Origin: Bifidobacteriaceae bacterium
GTDB lineage: Bacteria; Actinomycetota; Actinomycetes; Actinomycetales; WQXJ01
Reading direction: 5' to 3'
Assembly: GCA_031278675.1 (NCBI GenBank)
Contig: JAITJY010000236.1
Location: 1-32,828 of the forward strand
Length of the DNA stretch: 32,828 bases
In this document: positions 6,031 through 14,790 of the stretch, piece by piece
How positions within the stretch are numbered: the first letter of the stretch is position 1
Layout of the letters: each line of letters begins with the position of its first letter
Notes under the pieces: generated by a model
Databases searched by the model: none
Told to the model about the DNA's origin: nothing
What the model saw: the letters and a program-made list of their open reading frames with translations, nothing else
Program-made: the position numbers and the translations under genes

Positions 6031-6666
6031 TCACAGCGCCGCATATCCCGTCGTCCTCCCACTACCAACTCGGTGAATCAACCCATCCCCCACCAGCCGG
6101 TCAACGTCCATCTTGACCGTGCTGTAGTTGATGCCAGTTGCCTGAGAAATCTCCAACCTGCTGGCCCGCCCCTGCTGGCGAATGACGGCAAGCACGCCAG
6201 CTTGCCGCTGGGCGCGAGCATCGACACTGAGTTGTTTGGCCGACGCTTGGTGCTCGGCGTACTCGTCCGGCATAGCGCGGCGTAGCAGGTTGGAGATGGC
6301 TGCGCGGCTGACCCCATACCGCTGGGCGATGCTGGCTTGCGAGTCGCCCTGTCTGAATAGGCGCTCAATCTCGCGTAGCTGGTCATCGTCCAGCTTGCAC
6401 AGTGACTGCGGCCTGATCGTCACACCAGCCTTGCGAAGATGGGAGGCAACAGTGTCAGGCGATGAGCCGATAACCTCGGCCACTGCCGTTAGCGACTGGC
6501 CGCCCTCGTACATGGCGGCGGCCCGAGCGACGTCATCGTCGGTCCAGACCTTGGCCAACGGTCGCCACGTTCGCTCCGATGGTCCTGGGTCAGGCCGTTG
6601 ATCTGCGGCTTTGCTGATTTTCTGAAATAGGCGGAGTACGTGAGCCTGGTTTGAGTAGGCTCGCAC
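6031..6666 (-). CDS. Multi-HTH DNA-binding protein (three predicted HTH/winged-helix modules)
   Basis: Three HTH-like segments: GQSLTAVAEVIGSSPDTVASHLRKAG, GDSQASIAQRYGVSRAAISNLLRRA and SRLEISQATGINYSTVKMDVDRLVGDGLI. Confidence 0.6.
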   Translation of the reverse strand: MRAYSNQAHVLRLFQKISKAADQRPDPGPSERTWRPLAKVWTDDDVARAAAMYEGGQSLTAVAEVIGSSPDTVASHLRKAGVTIRPQSLCKLDDDQLREIERLFRQGDSQASIAQRYGVSRAAISNLLRRAMPDEYAEHQASAKQLSVDARAQRQAGVLAVIRQQGRASRLEISQATGINYSTVKMDVDRLVGDGLIHRVGSGRTTGYAAL

Positions 6667-6806
6667 TAGGCCCGCCAGATGCGTCCATGCGCCGGCGATG
6701 ATCTGTCTGGACGCGGGTTGCGAGCGCCTGTGGACGGGCGATGCCCGGTTGGCCAGCGCCGCCCGGGGTTTCGCAATTGACGTATTCGCGGATCGGCGGA
6801 CCCGGG

Positions 6807-8363
6807 CTAAGACCCACCCGCCGGGACACTGCCCGGCAACAGGACGCGGGCGATCCGGTTGCGCACGCCATCCGGGATGCGGCGCCAGGCCCGCTTCGCC
6901 AACGGCGGACGCGATCTGACCGGTTTGGCGAGGCTTAAGAACAGGGCCGACCAGCGCTCGGCGAGACGTTCCTCGGAGAACTCCGTCATGCGGGCCGCCG
7001 CGTTGGCTGACATGGCGCGCTTCGCCGAGGCAGGCGAGTCGAGATACTCGATAATCCGGCGTGCCAACTCGGCCTGATTGCCGGGCTCAACCAGGTGGCC
7101 GTTGACCCCGTCTAGGATCATCGCCGCCGGACCGTATTTTGTGTCATAAGCGATGCACGGCGTCCCGGCCGCCATCGACTCCATGATGGTCAGCGAAAAC
7201 CCCTCCCAGCGTGAGGTCAACAAAGAGCATTCGGCGGTCCCGAAGACCGCCCTCGCACTGTTGGTGTAACCAGCGAAGTTGACCGCCTCAGCGAGGTTCA
7301 AAGACCCGGCGAACGCCTTCAAATCGCTCTCCAAGGGGCCGTGGCCCCAGACCTCGAGCTGCGCGTCGGGACGCGCCTGGCGCACAGCGCCCAATGCGGC
7401 GATCGCCGAGGCCACATTCTTTTCTTCGCTCAGCCGCGCCACCATCACCAGTTTCCCCGGGACGGTGTCCGGCGCCGGCGGCGCCGGCGTAATGGCATGC
7501 GGTATTACATGAAGACGATCCTCAAATCCGAACCGGTCCACCACGTCAGCCTTTTGTTGCGGCGTCAGCACCACCAACGCGTCAACCCCGGGCAGATTGT
7601 TCAACACCGCCCGGTTCCCGGTCCGGATAACCGACGATCCGGGCCGCTCATGAATCGAATGGAACACAAAAATCTTCCGGGCCAACCGGTTCTCCAGTGA
7701 CAGCAACACCCCGTCAAGCGCCCGCGCCTCACACACCAGATACGTCAATTCGCCCGCGCTCAGCTCGGCCATAAAATGCCGCCTGAAGCCGTCCAGCGTC
7801 CGAAAGGCCCGCGCCGCGCCGGTCAGCGGCGCCAACACCACCTCCGCCTTCGGATACGGTCCACCCGGCGGCGCCGCTCCCACCGGGCGGTACTGGAAGA
7901 CCGACCCATCCGGCCTGCACCACAAGCGCCCCACCGCCCGGCCAGCCACCGTGATGGTCGCCGCATAGGGCGCACCGCTTGGATCATGGACCTCCCGGAC
8001 CTCATAAGTTGGCAGGTCACGGCACAGTTCGGTGATCGCCTCGGCCACCTTGGGCGCACCTGGCGCCGCCGCCGCGCCCCGGTAATAGTGGTTGATGTTG
8101 ACCAGGCCAACCCCACACGGCAGGTCATAGCGTTCACGCACCGCAGCCGCGACTTCACCGAAGCCTGCGGCGTCGTGAAAGGTCGCGATCACCGGATAGA
8201 TTCCCCGCAAGCGAGCCAGCACCCCCGCCTTGCGCAGCAGTGAGGCGGTCAAGCCGCCGTGTTCGGCGTCCAAGCGGCTCGTCAAAAAGACATAACGCAA
8301 CGCGATCCCCCGCAATCTCGTAGCAAAGTGGTAGCCAGTGGGCTGTCCAGCCCATGCTAACAA
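6807..8363 (-). CDS. GT4-family glycosyltransferase (TagE-like size)
   Basis: C-terminal GT-B signature ...LLTSRWEGFSLTIMESMAAGTPCIAYDTKYGPAAMILDGVNGHLVE (E-x7-E motif). Confidence 0.85.
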   Translation of the reverse strand: MLAWAGQPTGYHFATRLRGIALRYVFLTSRLDAEHGGLTASLLRKAGVLARLRGIYPVIATFHDAAGFGEVAAAVRERYDLPCGVGLVNINHYYRGAAAAPGAPKVAEAITELCRDLPTYEVREVHDPSGAPYAATITVAGRAVGRLWCRPDGSVFQYRPVGAAPPGGPYPKAEVVLAPLTGAARAFRTLDGFRRHFMAELSAGELTYLVCEARALDGVLLSLENRLARKIFVFHSIHERPGSSVIRTGNRAVLNNLPGVDALVVLTPQQKADVVDRFGFEDRLHVIPHAITPAPPAPDTVPGKLVMVARLSEEKNVASAIAALGAVRQARPDAQLEVWGHGPLESDLKAFAGSLNLAEAVNFAGYTNSARAVFGTAECSLLTSRWEGFSLTIMESMAAGTPCIAYDTKYGPAAMILDGVNGHLVEPGNQAELARRIIEYLDSPASAKRAMSANAAARMTEFSEERLAERWSALFLSLAKPVRSRPPLAKRAWRRIPDGVRNRIARVLLPGSVPAGGS

Positions 8364-8377
8364 TCCCGCCCGAATGG

Positions 8378-8935
8378 TTAGTCATCCGTTGCACGATGCC
8401 GCGTGGCCAGCACCGCCGCCACCACCAGCGCATCGCCCGGCAAGTCCACCACCCCACCCTGCGGCTCGCTACGGCGATCATCGGTGGATCCGGGCTTCGC
8501 CCACACGCGCTCCACCCAGCCCCCCCGCACCAGGCAGTCGACCGCCTCAGCTACCACCCATTGCCCGATCACGCCCGCCCCCACGGTCCCGCCCGCCCAG
8601 ATTGCCCGGCGCACCGGGTGAGCCCCGCCTACCAGCGTCAGGTCCCGTTCGGCGAGGAAGCGGACGAGCGGGACGAGGCGGCATCGTCCTTGGGCGAAAA
8701 CCCAACGGCCCTCGACGTCAACCTCCACCACCTGGTCGAGCCGGCGCCGGTCCAACTGCGCCAAGACCGCCCGGATCGAGGGGACCCCGGGAGACGGATC
8801 GTCCGGGCCGGAGCGATATTCCGCCCGGCCCGCCCCGTAAAGCGAAGTCACCAACTGGCCGACAGCCGCCGTGTGGTAAAGGTGGCCAACCAAGCGCGCC
8901 GCCTCCCGGTGCCCCGCCCGCCCGAACAAGCTCAC
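8378..8935 (-). CDS. Hypothetical protein
   Basis: This is the most protein-like composition among several overlapping high-GC ORFs. GTG start with AAGGTGG SD. The 3' end runs into a partial MITE copy. No motif recognised. Confidence 0.45.
   Translation of the reverse strand: MSLFGRAGHREAARLVGHLYHTAAVGQLVTSLYGAGRAEYRSGPDDPSPGVPSIRAVLAQLDRRRLDQVVEVDVEGRWVFAQGRCRLVPLVRFLAERDLTLVGGAHPVRRAIWAGGTVGAGVIGQWVVAEAVDCLVRGGWVERVWAKPGSTDDRRSEPQGGVVDLPGDALVVAAVLATRHRATDD
8415..8497. repeat. Partial copy (one terminus plus about 80 bp) of the 159-bp MITE-like element
   Basis: ...CTGCGGCTCGCTACGGCGATCATCGGTGGATCCGGGCT aligns with the reverse complement of the copy A left end, ...GCCGCTGGCTACGGCCATCATCGGTGGATCCAGGCT. 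Confidence 0.5.
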
Positions 8936-8974
8936 CTGGCCACCTTACGTGATGCGATGCGCCACAATGGCTAA

Positions 8975-9688
8975 GTGCGAGTGATTCTGGCCGTGATGGC
9001 ACATCCTGATGACGTTGACTTCTGGGCTGCGGGCACGGTGGCCACCTGGGTCGCGGGCGGCGCCCGGGTGACATATTTGCTGGTCACCGGCGGTGACGCC
9101 GGGGGGTTCGAGGCCGGTGCCGAACGCGGGGAGATGGGCCGGCGGCGCCGGGATGAACAGCGCCGCGCCGCTGGTGTTCTCGGGGTGGGAGATGTCCGGT
9201 TCCTCGACGGCTTCGCCGATGGCGCCGTCGCCGTGACCGACGAGTTGGTCGGCGGTATTGTCCACGCTATCCGCGAACTGCGTCCCGACCTCGTCTTGGC
9301 CCAAAGCCCCACCCGGACCTGGCACGACATCCGCCTGTCTCACCCCGATCACCTCGCCGTTGGCGAGGCCACCGCCCGGGCGGTCTACCCCTTCGCCCGC
9401 AATCCTTTCGCTGACTTCGGCGCGGCCGGCTCCGACGCAGCCAGCCTTGCTGCGTTCGCGGTCCGTGAACTCTGGCTTCAGGGCGATCCCGAACCGAACC
9501 ATGTGGTAGATGTGACCGCGTTTAGGGCCCAGCGCCGCGAGGCGCTGGCTGCTCATGCCAGCCAGCATCCCGACCTCCCGGGCGCCTTGGACCGGGCCGA
9601 ACGGGAGGCTGGCGGCGTCGCCGCGCGGTGGGGCTTACCGAAGGGCTCCCTCGCCGAGGAGTTCAGACGGATTCTGATTCCTCATTAG
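8975..9688 (+). CDS. PIG-L/LmbE-family N-acetylglucosaminyl deacetylase
   Basis: N-terminal VMAHPDDVDFWAAGT (AHPDD motif) and the later SHPDH motif. Confidence 0.85.
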   Translation: MRVILAVMAHPDDVDFWAAGTVATWVAGGARVTYLLVTGGDAGGFEAGAERGEMGRRRRDEQRRAAGVLGVGDVRFLDGFADGAVAVTDELVGGIVHAIRELRPDLVLAQSPTRTWHDIRLSHPDHLAVGEATARAVYPFARNPFADFGAAGSDAASLAAFAVRELWLQGDPEPNHVVDVTAFRAQRREALAAHASQHPDLPGALDRAEREAGGVAARWGLPKGSLAEEFRRILIPH

Positions 9689-10613
9689 GCGGCGGTTCGG
9701 CTTCCTCGGTCGGCTCGGGGCTGAGTTCTTCCGAGGGTTCTTCGGTCGGCTCCTCAATCGGTGGTTCTGCGGGGTCTTCCGGCTCGCGGGTAGCCGGCGC
9801 TTCGGTGGGTTCCACCGGGGACGGCTCCGGCGTGATAGTGACCGTGACGGTCGGGGCCGGCTCGTCCGGGGCCGATGGGCTGGGAACCGGCGGCGGGGCC
9901 GGCTCCTCCCGGTTGACGAAGGTGGTAGTCCGGCCCGAATCGTCCCCCGTTACTATGTCGGACAGCGACCGGCCTGCCAGCAATTCGACCCCCGTCACCA
10001 CCGCCGAGATGACCAAGAACAGCACTATCCCCAGCGCCGCCAATGTGCGCGCCGTCCCGTGCCGTGCGATCATTTGGCTGAGCCACCCAGGCGAGTTGGC
10101 GTCCACCTCGGGCAGCTCTGCGGTATCCCCAGCCGAGTTGGGGTCCGGCTCGGGCAGCTCGGCGGTATCCCCAGGCGAGTTGGCGTCCACCTCGGGCAGC
10201 TCGGCGGTATCCCCAGCCTTAGCGGCAGCGGCCGGCTCGGCCGGTTCGGCCGGCTCGGCGGCGCTACCTGCTGCCGCAGCGGCATCGTCGGCATCGGCCG
10301 CTCCGCCGACCGGCTCCGGGGCGGGTGCCTCGCGGGCGGCACCGTCCGATCCCGCGTCTGCCTGGACCGGGCTGGCCGGCGAAACCAAGGTGGCGGCTTG
10401 GTGCGCCAAAGTCTTGACGGCTTGATGGGTGCGCCGCAGCGAACGGGAATAGACATAGTTGCCGACCACCGTGATGACCGAAGCGAGGGCCGCGCCGAGG
10501 ATGGTGCCCGTCGCGCCCAGGTAGGACAGCGCCACGGTGGCCGTCGCTGCGGCCAAAGCACTGGCAAGCACTTGGACAACCGAAATCCCCGCCGGCCGTT
10601 TGTCGCTGGGCAT
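9663..10613 (-). CDS. Pro/Glu/Ala-rich membrane protein with 14-aa tandem repeats
   Basis: Two predicted TM segments (VVQVLASALAAATATVALSYLGATGTILGAALASVITVVG and TLAALGIVLFLVISAVVTGVELL) and three GDTAELPE(V/P)D(A/P)NS(P/A) repeats. The opposite-strand Ser/Gly ORF looks like an antisense artefact. Confidence 0.6.
   Translation of the reverse strand: MPSDKRPAGISVVQVLASALAAATATVALSYLGATGTILGAALASVITVVGNYVYSRSLRRTHQAVKTLAHQAATLVSPASPVQADAGSDGAAREAPAPEPVGGAADADDAAAAAGSAAEPAEPAEPAAAAKAGDTAELPEVDANSPGDTAELPEPDPNSAGDTAELPEVDANSPGWLSQMIARHGTARTLAALGIVLFLVISAVVTGVELLAGRSLSDIVTGDDSGRTTTFVNREEPAPPPVPSPSAPDEPAPTVTVTITPEPSPVEPTEAPATREPEDPAEPPIEEPTEEPSEELSPEPTEEAEPPPNEESESV
10087..10212. repeat. 3 x 42-bp in-frame tandem repeat
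   Basis: Units at 10087-10128, 10129-10170 and 10171-10212. Units 1 and 3 differ at one base. Confidence 0.85.
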
Positions 10614-10663
10614 AGGCCCACGCTATCTCATCCGGCGCGGGAGCGCGCGGGGGCGGGCGATGG

Positions 10664-11365
10664 TTGCGGCATCATTGGATGGTGCCTGATACGCCAAGCC
10701 GCCTCGCCGCCGCCGGGACCCCGCTCAGTTGGTACGGGACTCTGGTCGGCGCGTTTGCTGCGCTGCTCGTCGTCTCCAACATCGCGGCGGTCAAGCTGAT
10801 CGGTCTAGGCCGCCTGGAACTGTTTGGGACCGGGATCGACATCACCGTCGATGGGGGCGCTCTCCTGTTCCCTTTGACGTATGTGCTCGGCGATGTGCTT
10901 GCCGAGGTGTTCGGTTTCAAGGCGGCGCGCCGCGCCATCTGGGTCGGGTTTGTCTGCGCTGCGCTGGCTGTCGGCTCGTTCTGGTTGGTGGGCGTGGCGC
11001 CACCGGCCGCCAACTGGCTGGGCCAGGGCGCCTTCACGCAAACGCTCGGGTTTGTGCCGCGGGTGGTGGCCGCCTCCCTGGCCGGCTATCTGGCCGGACA
11101 GCTTTCGAATGCTTTCACGCTGACCGCTATGAAACGGCGGGCCGATACGGCTTTGTGGCGGCGCCTGCTCGGCTCCACCCTGGTCGGCGAACTCGCCGAC
11201 ACCGCAGTGTTTTGCACCGTCGCGTTCTATGGGGTGATCACCGGGCCGCAGTTCTTCGGCTACGCCGCCCTGGGCTACATCTACAAGTGTCTCGCTGAGG
11301 TTGTCTTGTTACCCATCACCTATGGGGTGATCCGGGCGACCCGGCGCCACGAGGCGCGCCTCTAG
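10664..11365 (+). CDS. yhhQ: Queuosine-precursor transporter YhhQ (DUF165/VUT family)
   Basis: DGGALLFPLTYVLGDVLAEVFGFKAARRAIW matches the conserved YhhQ FPxTxxxxDxxxExYG core, and the protein is multi-TM. Start is either TTG 10664 or ATG 10679. Confidence 0.8.
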   Translation: MRHHWMVPDTPSRLAAAGTPLSWYGTLVGAFAALLVVSNIAAVKLIGLGRLELFGTGIDITVDGGALLFPLTYVLGDVLAEVFGFKAARRAIWVGFVCAALAVGSFWLVGVAPPAANWLGQGAFTQTLGFVPRVVAASLAGYLAGQLSNAFTLTAMKRRADTALWRRLLGSTLVGELADTAVFCTVAFYGVITGPQFFGYAALGYIYKCLAEVVLLPITYGVIRATRRHEARL

Positions 11366-12366
11366 TTGAGGACGCCCGGATCACCCGGATCGATTATCGC
11401 GATGATCCGGTTGAGGTCTGCGACCGAAGCAAACTCGATCACAACGCGGCCCTTGGTCTTGCCCAGCGCCACCACCACCTTCGTGTCGAGCTTGTCGGTC
11501 AGCCGTTCCTGGAGCGCATTCAGCGCGCCATGGCGGCCGCCGGGGCGGGCCTTGGCCCGTTTCGGCTTCGCCGGCACATCACCCAGCGTCACCGCTTCCT
11601 CCGTGCTACGCACCGAAAGTCCCTCCGCGACGATCCGCTGGGCCAGGCGTTCCATTGCCGCAGTGTCTTCCAGTCCGAGCAATGCCCGGGCGTGCCCCGC
11701 CGAGATCACGCCGGCGGCGACGCGGCGCTGGACCAACGGCGGGAGCTTCAACAGCCGCAAAGTGTTGGAGATCTGCGGCCTTGAGCGGGCTACCCGCACC
11801 GAGAGTTCTTCTTGGGTACAAGAAAAGTCGTCCATCAACTGACGGTAGGCGGCGGCTTCTTCGAGCGGGTTGAGTTGCGCGCGGTGGAGGTTTTCCAGCA
11901 GGGCGTCGCGCAGCAGTTCCGCGTCATCTGTCGCACGCACGATGGCGGGCACCTGGTCCAGCCCAGCCATCTGGCAGGCGCGCCACCGCCGCTCCCCCAT
12001 CACCAGTTCGTAGTGCCCGTCACCGCCGGCGCGCGGCGGGCGGACCACGATCGGTTGCAGCAGCCCGACTTCTTTGATCGAGTCGGCGAGTTCTTCGAGG
12101 GATGACTCATCGAACACCTCGCGCGGCTGGCGCGGATTGGGCGAGATAGCGCCGATAGGAATCAGGCTGAATTCAGCGCCGGGCACAAGGACCAACTCCG
12201 GGGCTTGGCCGGGTGCCGCCTGCCTGGTGCGCTGCACCCCTGAGGGCGCGAACAACAAGTCGACCGGCCGTCGTTCCGCTGGTTCCGCTCCGCCCTGCGC
12301 GGGGCGCCCCGGGCCTGGAATCAGCGCTCCCAGTCCTTTGCCGAGCCCTGTCCTTCGTTCAGCCAT
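11362..12366 (-). CDS. parB: Chromosome partitioning protein ParB
   Basis: GLGKGLGALIP, ISPNPRQPREVFDE, GLLQPIVVR and GERRWRA motifs. Start chosen at MAERRTGLGKG (ATG at 12366), overlapping the parA stop by 8 nt. Confidence 0.92.
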   Translation of the reverse strand: MAERRTGLGKGLGALIPGPGRPAQGGAEPAERRPVDLLFAPSGVQRTRQAAPGQAPELVLVPGAEFSLIPIGAISPNPRQPREVFDESSLEELADSIKEVGLLQPIVVRPPRAGGDGHYELVMGERRWRACQMAGLDQVPAIVRATDDAELLRDALLENLHRAQLNPLEEAAAYRQLMDDFSCTQEELSVRVARSRPQISNTLRLLKLPPLVQRRVAAGVISAGHARALLGLEDTAAMERLAQRIVAEGLSVRSTEEAVTLGDVPAKPKRAKARPGGRHGALNALQERLTDKLDTKVVVALGKTKGRVVIEFASVADLNRIIAIIDPGDPGVLN

Positions 12367-13384
12367 GGCGTCCTCCTGCGCGTTTGGCGATTTCCAGCGC
12401 TGCTTCCAAGTAGGCCAGCGCGCCTGTCGAGTTCTTGTCATAAGTGATCACGGTCTGGCTGTAGCCGGGGGCTTCCGAAATTTTGACCGACCGCGGGATG
12501 GTGGTCTGCAGGACCAGCTCGGGGAAATGCGTCCTGACCTCGCTGACCACATCCCGGGCCAGGTTGGTCCGCCCGTCATACATGGTCAACAAGATCATGG
12601 AGACGGCTAGTTCTGGATTGAGCGCCTCCGCGACCCGTCCCACCGTCCCGAGCAACTGCGAGAGGCCTTCCAGCGCGTAGTACTCGCACTGGATGGGGAT
12701 GAGGACTTCTTTGGCCCCCACAAAGGCGTTCAAGGTGAGCAGCCCCAACGATGGGGGGCAGTCGATCAACACATAGTCGAGTGGGCGTTCGCCCGCCGCT
12801 CGCAATCCCCGCCGCGCTTGTCCTAACGCCTCGTGCAGCCGATACTCGCGTTGCGGCAGGTTCACCAGTTCGATCTCCGCGCCAGCTAATTCGATGGTGG
12901 CCGGCACACACCAGAGGTTGTCGAGATCTGCGCAGGGCTGCACCGTCTCCAGCATGGGCCGACCGTCCAACAACACGTCGTAAATGGACGGGACCGCCGC
13001 GTGATGCGCCACCCCGAGCGCCGTCGAAGCGTTCCCCTGCGGGTCCACGTCTACCACCAATACCCTCAGTCCCCGATCCGCCAAGGCGGCCGCCAGGTTG
13101 ACGGTGGTTGACGTCTTACCCACCCCGCCTTTCTGGTTGGCGACGGTAATGATCCTGGTGGCGGGGGGTTTCGGGTAGACCTCATCACGCAGCCTGAGCC
13201 GCCTCATCGCGTCGAGTTGCGCCTGTTCCCCGAGCGGCGTATCGACCGCGCCGCCGCCCGATGTTTCACGTGAAACATCTACTGCTGGCCCGGCGACTGA
13301 TTCCTCGATTGACACCCCATAAGTATGGACCAGACCCCTGACACCGTTAGCCGCGCGCGGCGCGCTTGCGCGCCTTGACCACAT
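12359..13384 (-). CDS. parA: Chromosome partitioning ATPase ParA/Soj
   Basis: Deviant Walker A ITVANQKGGVGKTSTT and downstream ParA motifs. The N-terminal extension means the start is uncertain. Confidence 0.9.
   Translation of the reverse strand: MWSRRASAPRAANGVRGLVHTYGVSIEESVAGPAVDVSRETSGGGAVDTPLGEQAQLDAMRRLRLRDEVYPKPPATRIITVANQKGGVGKTSTTVNLAAALADRGLRVLVVDVDPQGNASTALGVAHHAAVPSIYDVLLDGRPMLETVQPCADLDNLWCVPATIELAGAEIELVNLPQREYRLHEALGQARRGLRAAGERPLDYVLIDCPPSLGLLTLNAFVGAKEVLIPIQCEYYALEGLSQLLGTVGRVAEALNPELAVSMILLTMYDGRTNLARDVVSEVRTHFPELVLQTTIPRSVKISEAPGYSQTVITYDKNSTGALAYLEAALEIAKRAGGRHG
13262..13277. other. parS centromere site (perfect 16-bp palindrome TGTTTCACGTGAAACA)
   Basis: Exact match to the canonical parS consensus. 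It lies in the 5' coding extension of parA (encodes DVSRET). Confidence 0.9.
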
Positions 13385-14147
13385 AAGTCGGGCTCAGACC
13401 GGCCACGGGGATCAGTTCGACGACCTTCGCCCCCACCAATCCCGCCCGCGCTAGGTCCCGCCCGCAGTCCGCCAGTTCGCCCGCCGCGCCGACGCCTTTC
13501 ATCGCCAAGAAGCGCCCGCCTGCCGCCAGCAAGCCGCCCTGCCACCGCGCCAGCTTGTCCAGCCGCGCCACGGCCCGCGACACGGTGCACGATGCCGCCC
13601 GCCCCCGCAATTCCTCAGCCCGCGCCCAAGTCACCGCCACGTTGGCCAGCCCGAGGCATTGTGTGGCTTCGCTCAGCCAATCCGTGCGCCGCCGCATCGA
13701 GTCCACCAACTCGAATTCCAGATCAGGCCGCATCAGCGCCAACACCACCCCGGGCAGGCCCGCCCCGGAGCCCACATCGATCACCAGTCCACTCGGCGGC
13801 AACAGGCCGGCCACGGCAGCGCTGTTGATCAGGTGCCGCTCCCACAGCCGGTCCAATTCGCGCGGCCCCAACAGGCCGAGCAATTCGGCGCGCTCGGACA
13901 ACAAGGCGGCGAACTGCTGGACGCGGCCGAAGCTCTCGCCGAATAGTGCCTCAACCCCGGCGGCTAGTGGGCTGGCGCGTCTGCTCTGTGCGCTTCGCGC
14001 GCGGTCGCGGGTGGTGGCTGGCCGGGCGGAGCCCTGGCCGCTAGCTGGAGGTAACGGCCTGGCCGGGGCGCTGCCGGGTCCCGGCCCCGGGCTTGCGCGC
14101 CAGCCCACCGATTCGGCGCGAGCGCCCAAGGGCTCCGCTCCCGGCAT
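13347..14147 (-). CDS. rsmG: 16S rRNA (guanine527-N7)-methyltransferase RsmG (GidB)
   Basis: LWERHLINSAAV and VIDVGSGAGLPGVVLA (SAM-binding) motifs. The long low-complexity N-terminus makes the start uncertain. Confidence 0.88.
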   Translation of the reverse strand: MPGAEPLGARAESVGWRASPGPGPGSAPARPLPPASGQGSARPATTRDRARSAQSRRASPLAAGVEALFGESFGRVQQFAALLSERAELLGLLGPRELDRLWERHLINSAAVAGLLPPSGLVIDVGSGAGLPGVVLALMRPDLEFELVDSMRRRTDWLSEATQCLGLANVAVTWARAEELRGRAASCTVSRAVARLDKLARWQGGLLAAGGRFLAMKGVGAAGELADCGRDLARAGLVGAKVVELIPVAGLSPTYVVKARKRAARG

Positions 14148-14151
14148 CTCA

Positions 14152-14310
14152 GCCTGGATCCACCGATGATGGCCGTAGCCAGCGGCACCAGACGGAGGCG
14201 ATGGGCGTTCCTGGCCGGTGATGGCTACCTGGTGGCCTGCCCGGCTGGTCAGGGGCGTCCAGCGTGCCGGGGAGGGGCGGCGCGGTAGGCGAGGATCGGT
14301 GGATCGAGGC
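14152..14310 (+). mobile_element. MITE-like element, copy A (159 bp), flanked by TCA/TCA
   Basis: TIRs: GCCTGGATCCACCGAT on the left and ATCGGTGGATCGAGGC on the right. Alignable over its full length with copy C, and with copy B in inverse orientation. It fills almost the whole rsmG-jag intergenic space. Confidence 0.8.
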
Positions 14311-14778
14311 TCAAGCAGGCCGGATCACCACGTAACGCTTAGGGTCTTCGCCTTCGGACTCGCTGGACAACCCAGCTTCAGCGACGGCATCGTGCACCAT
14401 CTTGCGCTCGAAGGCATTCATCGGCGCTAGCGGCACCGGTTCACCCCCGGCTTGAACCTGTGCGATCGCTTCGGCCGCCAGCGCCCGCAACCGGGCGCGC
14501 TGACCCACCCGGTAACCGGCGATGTCCACCATCAAAAGCGAGCGTTCGCCTGTCTTGGCCTGGACCGCGAGCCGGACCAACTCCTGGACCGCGTCCAAGA
14601 CTTCCCCGTTCGGCCCGACCAGTTGGTCCAGGCCGTCTGCGGCGCCTTCCTCGCCGACTATGGCTACCACCGCGCGCCCGTGGTCCACATCGATATCGAT
14701 ATCGCCGTCGATGTCGGCGATGTCGAGTAGCTCTTCCAAGTAATCGGCGGCGATCTCGCCCTCTAACTCAAGGTCCAT
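14311..14778 (-). CDS. khpB: Jag/KhpB RNA-binding protein (KH + R3H domains)
   Basis: C-terminal R3H region PMNAFERKMVHDAVAEAGLSSESEGEDPKRYVVIRP. Conserved position downstream of yidC. GAGGAG SD. Confidence 0.88.
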   Translation of the reverse strand: MDLELEGEIAADYLEELLDIADIDGDIDIDVDHGRAVVAIVGEEGAADGLDQLVGPNGEVLDAVQELVRLAVQAKTGERSLLMVDIAGYRVGQRARLRALAAEAIAQVQAGGEPVPLAPMNAFERKMVHDAVAEAGLSSESEGEDPKRYVVIRPA

Positions 14779-14790
14779 TGGCGTACTCCT

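Noticed and set aside
10614-10678. preQ1 riboswitch upstream of yhhQ
   Set aside because: No small hairpin followed by an A-rich tail (the CUA...AAAAAACUA-type signature) is present. The spacer is GC-rich and unstructured by eye.
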